A DNA stretch of 55,565 nt, taken from positions 1,067,537-1,123,101 of the forward strand of contig NW_018408567.1 of the NCBI RefSeq assembly GCF_002113885.1, written 5' to 3'. The first letter of the stretch is position 1. Every line of letters starts with the position of its first letter. Positions 49,801 to 55,565 of the stretch are shown one piece after another. This DNA is from Mizuhopecten yessoensis (lineage: Eukaryota). A model generated the notes under the pieces. That model was given only the letters and a program-made list of their open reading frames with translations. It searched no databases and was not told where the DNA came from. Both the position numbers and the translations under genes were made by a program.

Positions 49801-50577
49801 GATTCGTCGCTGCCAGTTCTTCAGTTCAGTTATGATACGTTTATTATTTTTGTCTCTTGGAGGAACCTGAGGCGGATTACTCCCATTTGTATTGTGATTA
49901 TCTTTTAAAGAGTCAACGGATGATTTTGAAATCGGCGAAATTGGAACATCATGATGAGAGCTATAAGATGACAGTTTTTCTCTTGAATGGTATTTTTCTG
50001 GGTGATCCAAAATTTCTTTTCTAACATTACTTCGATCATGTAATGCATTCAATACATTATTCGGTTTCACAGCTGCAGTATTTATGGTGTGGTATCTATT
50101 TTGGTGTAAAGCTCTATGACTAGATCTCTTGGGAGGCTGAGGTGCATCACTTCGTGGCTGACTTGTTCTCCTGGTACCATGTTCGGTTCTATTTTCTTTT
50201 TCATTTATATGCTGCCCGTCATTTAGGACTCCTTGTCTGCTTGGGTCAACCTTTACGTGCTTATTATGTGTATGGCTTTCATGTTTTTGCTGGTGGTCGT
50301 GTGTTCTGGGATTTCTACTTGTTAACATAGCAAGTTTTAAACCGGCCACAAATCTGTCAAAACTAAGGTAACCATTATGAGGAGTAACTTTTCGTAAAGC
50401 TTCGATTACCCCACTTGGTAGCCCCTTCACCCCTTCCTCGTGCCATCTGCTTTCGATGTCGACAAATCGAACATAACCACATCTCTGTTCGTCTAAAATG
50501 TCGAAAAGAACACGAAGTGATTTAACAAACTGTTTCGGTAATCCTTCAATGCTGTTCCATGCTGTTACACTTGTCAT
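34741..50577 (-). CDS. SAPCD2: Suppressor APC domain-containing protein 2-like gene, six coding exons, 505 aa
   Basis: Exons 49692-50577, 40188-40342, 39744-39887, 39179-39280, 36954-37058 and 34741-34866 all have GT/AG ends and join in frame (1518 nt including stop). Motifs LRVLFDILD...LSFDRFVAGL, RRHTLSSGVDY, LEKEKEVLMQGL...AREWYQ and LEQEKATLVRDLFEAR...DTTFM* match SAPCD2. Confidence 0.93.
35120..36455. repeat. 35-bp minisatellite in SAPCD2 intron 5
   Basis: Unit tgtgacctgggtgagatgagacaccatgctatgta repeated more than 30 times and interrupted by an N gap. Confidence 0.95.
36030..36165. other. Assembly gap
   Basis: Run of N inside the minisatellite. Confidence 1.
36954..37058 (-). CDS. SAPCD2: SAPCD2 coding exon 5
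   Basis: Acceptor ctcctcatccacag; encodes GFPLHMNLAVRSTNSTMNPEETVRMLKGQNRQLTK; donor GTAACA. Confidence 0.88.
39179..39280 (-). CDS. SAPCD2: SAPCD2 coding exon 4
   Basis: Acceptor caaatgcag; encodes DNNLESHQERMNFQQARVSEVNQQLKTLIESSEK; donor GTAACG. Confidence 0.88.
39744..39887 (-). CDS. SAPCD2: SAPCD2 coding exon 3
   Basis: Acceptor ctaccttcag; encodes IKRLRQLEKEKEVLMQGLGIVEQAREWYQKQVQSIDEKQKYVGKATYN; donor GTAAGA. Confidence 0.92.
40188..40342 (-). CDS. SAPCD2: SAPCD2 coding exon 2
   Basis: Acceptor tctttcccttctatacag; encodes VNIEQVARV...RRQNSARRHTLSSGVDYSM; donor GTATGT. The ORF track shows this region in a different frame. Confidence 0.9.
41288..41680. repeat. ~132-bp tandem repeat, 3 copies
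   Basis: ataaacatttcatact starts at 41288, 41419 and 41554. Confidence 0.9.
41924..42530. repeat. ~130-bp tandem repeat, 4 copies
   Basis: aaatctgaatccctttcacc-type starts near 41924, 42052, 42184 and 42316. Confidence 0.9.
42381..42469. mobile_element. ~90-bp TTAA-flanked MITE (piggyBac-like)
   Basis: ttaactcattcacccctgaag...cttcaggggtgaatgagttaa inserted at a TTAA in one unit of a tandem array. Confidence 0.85.
45357..45831. mobile_element. Non-autonomous DNA transposon with 5-bp TSD (hAT5-like) in SAPCD2 intron 1
   Basis: TIRs cagggtttttgccag and ctgacaaaaacactg, flanked by TCAAC (45352-45356, 45832-45836). Confidence 0.75.
49692..50577 (-). CDS. SAPCD2: SAPCD2 coding exon 1 (EF-hand-like N-terminal domain)
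   Basis: Starts at ATG MTSVTAW (50577); contains GLPKQFVKSLRVLFDILDEQRCGYVRFVDIESRW; phase-1 donor GTAAAT at 49691. Confidence 0.9.
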
Positions 50578-51653
50578 GTCGACTTCTGTCCGTTTACCTG
50601 TCCACCTACCTATCAACGCATCACTCGCACCGACTGACTGACAGCGTCTGGGCCTACTTTTGTTTTGATTGGATGTGAGGCTCTACGGTGAATACATTTT
50701 GCTAAATAAAAAAACTGAAACGAAAACATTAAACTACAAAATATGCACAATAAACGGAGGTTCTCACCGAAAAACAGAATTAACATAAAATGTATTAAAA
50801 ATGAGTTGAATGAAAATTAAGTGAATACGCTCCTTTCGAAAACAAATTATGCACCCAAATTAATTCGTATGGCATTCTTAAATATGTACATACCGTATTA
50901 CTCTCAAACTGCTGTGTTTATCATTTGCATTTTTACGTTAAAAAAGTATTGTAATCTAAAATAGAAATGCCCTTTTGTTATTATTCAATTTTATATAATT
51001 TATAGACAAGCAGATATATATGTCCACCATTATAACTCGTTTCTAAATTTAGAGACTATAAGAGATATTCGGGGCCATTTTGAACCTGAACACGAGAAAG
51101 GTAATCAACATTATTGTATGCTAATGCAGTGCTAAGCACAGTCATTTTTAGGGTTATATGTGCACGGTATTCATTTAAACATGTGGCGTGGCTTTATTCT
51201 ACAAATAAATTGAATGCGCGTCTGAAAACTGGAGAAAACACTTTACGCTAGCGAATACACAACCACTTAGAGTTGTAGAAAAGCTGTCTGACAGGTCGGT
51301 CACGGACGCTACACTCGGGGTGGCGCATTTATCTTCCGCGTTCATTAACGAACTGGTATTCTGCACCATAAATGTAGTTTGCGTGAATCAGTGGGTCGAG
51401 TTTATTGAGAACCATATGTACTCCAGATCGTCAAAAAAATTGCTGGATCAGGTTTGGACAGAGACCGAGTTTTTGCTGTCCCTAACACCTTGGCTTTTGA
51501 CAGACGGGTGTCAGATGTCCATGTTGGGCTAGAGCACACCACTAAGCATGGCAAATATTGAAACCCTTTTAGGTGGGGTTTTCACAGTTTGATGTCCCAG
51601 AGTGGGTCGTGATATTGATCCAAGCATGTGAAAAAATGGTGACATTTCTCATT

Positions 51654-53271
51654 CGGGGGTGAAAAAAAAAATCAGAACACTTGCCCCGGGCAAGTACACC
51701 TGAATAGAAATCAACTTGCTTGAATATTTGCTAATAGAATATTTTCTACTTGCTCCATGTAAAATGCATAGTATATAGGCATGTAAAGACAGAAAACGGA
51801 TTTTTCATGAAATATATTAGTCTTTTTCTCTCCCTATTTGCAATTATTATAATTATTTTATTTGCTCACCTTGCCCAAAGGGTCATCTGAGCTTATGCCG
51901 TACTGCAGCGTCCATCGTCTGTCAGTCAACTAATTCTTTTGAACGACTTCTGATGAAAAACTGGAGGACCTAGTGTCATGATATTTGGCCAGTTGGTACC
52001 TATAAAAATCCTCATTAAAATGATCTTGACCTACTTTCAAGGTCACAGGTAGTGTTGGGAATCTCTTGTAAACTCATACCCGATCATCACTTCCAATCAT
52101 GTGACTGATGATCGACTAATGATCGATCAAATTGAACATATAAATTAAGTAATTTAAGGTTAGATTCACTTTCTAAAATCTACTTTCACTTTCATTAACG
52201 GGGAGGCCCTGACGTTAGAGAATTTCGCTAATAACACACAACATTCATACAAAAATCAATGAGTTTGTTAAGGACATTCCAATATGGCTGCCACACCAAA
52301 CTGTATATCAAATTAAATAATGCATTCCGTTACATTAAACAATCCCTGTCACAAAATAATCCTCCTCCAATATTTCTCAAACATAATTGAGGTACATGTA
52401 CTAAATTTCAGAAAAAACATTCAATAACTGATGAAAAACTCACTTTTTATATGTTCATTTTCCAAGCTAAATAAAAGTTACAATTCAGGAAAAAAAACCA
52501 TTTAAACTTGTAAATATCATAAGTTTGGATGTCCATGGAAATGCATTTGTCAAGAAAAATGTGAGAAAATGCTTTAAATCTTAAGAATGATGACATGTAT
52601 TTTGGTTGGATATTATACTTTCAACAAAGCGGTTTAGTTATATACAGCTAAGGACAAACAATACCTTCCAAACGTTTAAATCAGTAGCTCGCGGATGATC
52701 CTAGAGTTTAATGATCATCACTTCCAATCATGTGTCTGATGATCGACTAATGATCGATCAAATTGAACATATAAATTAAGTAATTTAAGGTTATATTCGC
52801 TTTCTGAAATCTACTTTCACTTTCCTGGTTTGCCATTTTGTTACGCACTGACAGCCATGCAGCATTTCTATTGAAACGCAAGTTCTGATAGGTTGTTGGG
52901 TGGACCAGCTAGCCAATCAGCGTCGTTGTTGTGTGAGACGTTCGCTTGTTTTGCCCAAGAACGAACAACTCGCTGACGGCAGTAATAACAGTATCCAAGT
53001 TTAATTTTTGTTAATACTTAAATAATTATTTATTAAATATTTACTTTTGAATATTTTTGAATTTCTGAAATCAGGGTCCGGATTTGTCCGGTTATTGGTC
53101 ATGCCAATGCGACTTCCTGTTTGAAAAACACTAAAATACAGCCTGTTAAGTTAATTATTTATTTTAGGGAACGGAGAATTACATGCATAACATGTTTTAC
53201 ATACTATTCTAATCCACTTGCCCGAGCGCTAAGACTGGTTATGTCGGGCAAGTGGATTTTTTACACCCCTG
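51654..53271. mobile_element. Non-autonomous DNA transposon with 5-bp TSD (hAT5-like)
   Basis: Termini cgggggtgaaaaaa and tttttacacccctg, subterminal acttgccc/gggcaagt motifs at both ends, flanked by TCATT direct repeats (51649-51653, 53272-53276). Confidence 0.75.
51861..52050 (+). mobile_element. Degenerate HINE 5' fragment nested in a TIR element
   Basis: gctcaccttgcccaaagggtcatctgagcttatgccg...ttcaaggtcacagg resembles 54169-54380. Confidence 0.7.
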
Positions 53272-54168
53272 TCATTTTCGTTACCAAATTCACAAGCAAC
53301 AAATGAAAAATATTATCAGGGATCGACAATAACAGTTGACTTGAGGACAAAATCCACCAAAATCTTAGAAACTCTTAATTGTTCTACAAAGCCGATGGAC
53401 CGTCGTGATCAGTTTATTTAACACAATACATATACAATTGTATATCGCACATGATTTGTTAAAAGAGAAAAATTAGAAAAAAATTTGTTAAATTCTGTGC
53501 TCTGCAGCTGACACGTTAAATGATTGGGTTTAAGTGTTCAGTTAATCAGCCCCATCCATATGGTCCAATTTTATCAATTTTTACCTGAGATGGTTTGGTA
53601 GGGCTAAGAATGAAATATAATATATGTTGTAGGCTCATTTTGTGTGTCATTTGTTTGTGTGTGTTACTGTTTACAGGGCGTGACCTTTAGTCCGAGTGGT
53701 GTAGGGGATTTCCCTTTTCGTCTATTTATAACATCCATGCGAGTCCAGTAATGGTCCTGTATCTATATTTGTCTGTAACCTGTTTGTCCAGTTGTGGTCC
53801 ATGTCCAGTTGTGGTCCAGATTAAACCAGTAATTAAAGGGGCAAACTTTGATGCCATATTTCTTTTAATGAATGTATGTATTGTATGCACTTCCACTTAT
53901 GTTACCTCGCTATCCTCATATTCATAGTCCGTTCCAAATGTCCAGTTTGACCACTTGAATTGTTCAGGAAAGCCCTGCTAAAAATAGCGCCGATAACGTC
54001 ACCTGACTAGAAAGTAAACACAAGTGGTGTGAGCGAGATGAAACTGTTTCCAAAGGGGCCCCCAGAGAGGGGATATTCACGAGACGAATATCCCTTTTCA
54101 AATGTTTTCATAAAGTGCATATATTCAATGACAAACTACACGCGTATAAAAAAAGGAAATGTTTATGA

Positions 54169-55117
54169 TTTTTAGCTCACCTGGCACGAAGTGCCAAGTG
54201 AGCTTATGCCGTGGTGCGGCGTCCGTCGTCCGTCCGGCGTCAATATTTTACTTTAAACGACTTCTTCTTAATAACCGAAAGGCCTAGGGTGATGATATTT
54301 GGCCAGAAGCAAACTGGGATGAAGGGCTACCAAGTTTGTTCAAATAAATGACCTTCATCTATTTTCAAGGTCACAGGGGTCAAATATGTTAAAAACTTTA
54401 AACAACTTCTTCTCAATAACCAAAATGCCCAGGGTAATGATATTTGGCCAGTAGCATGCTGAGATAAAGGGCTACAAAGTTTGTTCAAATAAATGACCTT
54501 CACCCATATTCAAGGTCACAGGGGTCAAATATGTTAAAAACTTTAAACAACTTCTTCTGAATAACCAAAATGCCCTGGGTGATGATATTTAGTCAGTAGC
54601 ATACTAGGATCAAGGGCTACCAAGTTTGTTTAAATGTATGACCTTGAATCATATTCAAGGTCACAAGGAGCAAATATGTTTAAAATATTTCAACAACTTG
54701 TTCTGAATAACCAAAAGGCTCAGGATGTTGATATTTAGTTAGTAGCATATGCTGGGATCAAGGACTACTATGTTTGTTAAAGTGAATGACTTTGACTTAT
54801 ATTCAAGGTCACAGGGGTCAAATTTGTTTAAAATCTTTAAACAACCTCTTATGAATAACCATGGGTCCCAGGATGTTTATACTTTGCAAGTTGCATCCTG
54901 AGATGAAAGCCTATACAATGTGTTCAACATAATGACTTTGTTCGACTTTCAATCACAGGGGTGAAATGTTTAAAAAAAAAATAACAGGGTCTTTTGAACG
55001 AATTTTAATCATAAATACTGATATTTTGCCTGTAGCTTTATTTTAGATCACTTTTAAGGTTACAAGCATGAGTTTTATACCAGGTGAGCGATGCAGGCCC
55101 ATTGGGCCTCTTGTTTT
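54169..55117 (+). mobile_element. Full-length HINE/Helentron-derived element with ~146-bp tandem repeats
   Basis: Start ttttagctcacctg, hairpin ggcacgaagtgcc, gtccgtc microsatellite, caaggtcaca at 54366, 54511, 54656 and 54804, 3' subTIR caggtgagc at 55081, terminal palindrome aggcccattgggcct then cttgtttt. Confidence 0.9.
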
Positions 55118-55380
55118 ATTACATTGTACAACTCAATGTCTTTGACCAATTGTTTTTCTAGACCATGCATATAAATGTATGTATACTCTCTTTCCCACTT
55201 TCACTGTCTCCATACGCTAACACTTAGTAAGTCATATTAGCCATCACACACAATAAACTGTATGGCAAAACCACTACGTGTGCATGTAGAATATGTGTCA
55301 GATATGGAAAGTGTTGAGATACTTGATAATTATATTTTTTCAATACTTTACAGAGATTAAAGCATACTTGTAAATGGACC

Positions 55381-55565
55381 TTTTTTAGGTCACCTGAGAC
55401 AAAGTCTCAAGTGACCTATTGCGATCGCCTTTTGTCCGTCGTCGTCCGTCGTCCGTCGTGCGTCCGTAAACAATTTACATTTTCGACTTCTTCTCCAAAA
55501 CCCCTGAACCAATTTCAATGAAATTTTGCAGGGACCTTCCATGGACAAAGGTCAACAAAAATAGT
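55381..55565 (+). mobile_element. 5' end of another HINE, cut by the window edge
   Basis: ttttttaggtcacctgagacaaagtctcaagtgacct hairpin followed by (gtccgtc)n. Confidence 0.8.

Noticed and set aside
49582-50616. 344-aa ORF as a stand-alone gene
   Set aside because: It is SAPCD2 exon 1; the track start is a non-ATG codon and the tail after 49692 is intron read-through.

Overview
AT-rich eukaryotic DNA, most likely a bivalve mollusc (inferred from V-domain and Meta-domain SINEs and Helentron-type HINE repeats). The left half holds three intronless, arginine/serine-rich (protamine-like) minus-strand ORFs. Gene A (3761-6541) fuses a 396-aa RS/SP-repeat region to a Ro60/TROVE-like helical plus vWA (MIDAS) module. 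Gene B (13282-14106) is a duplicate of A that keeps an open RS/His-rich ORF while its TROVE/vWA part has decayed (about 12660-13281). Gene C (20398-22836) is an 812-aa RS polymer built from 30-bp and 60-bp repeats. Next come a plus-strand Ikaros/Hunchback-type C2H2 zinc-finger exon (26565-28541) and a complete six-exon SAPCD2-like gene on the minus strand (34741-50577). The rest is SINEs, MITEs, 5-bp-TSD (hAT5-like) elements, HINEs, minisatellites and one assembly gap. The best candidate for an undescribed system is the RS/protamine-like Ro60-like vWA cluster. Family assignments rest on remembered motifs, not database searches.
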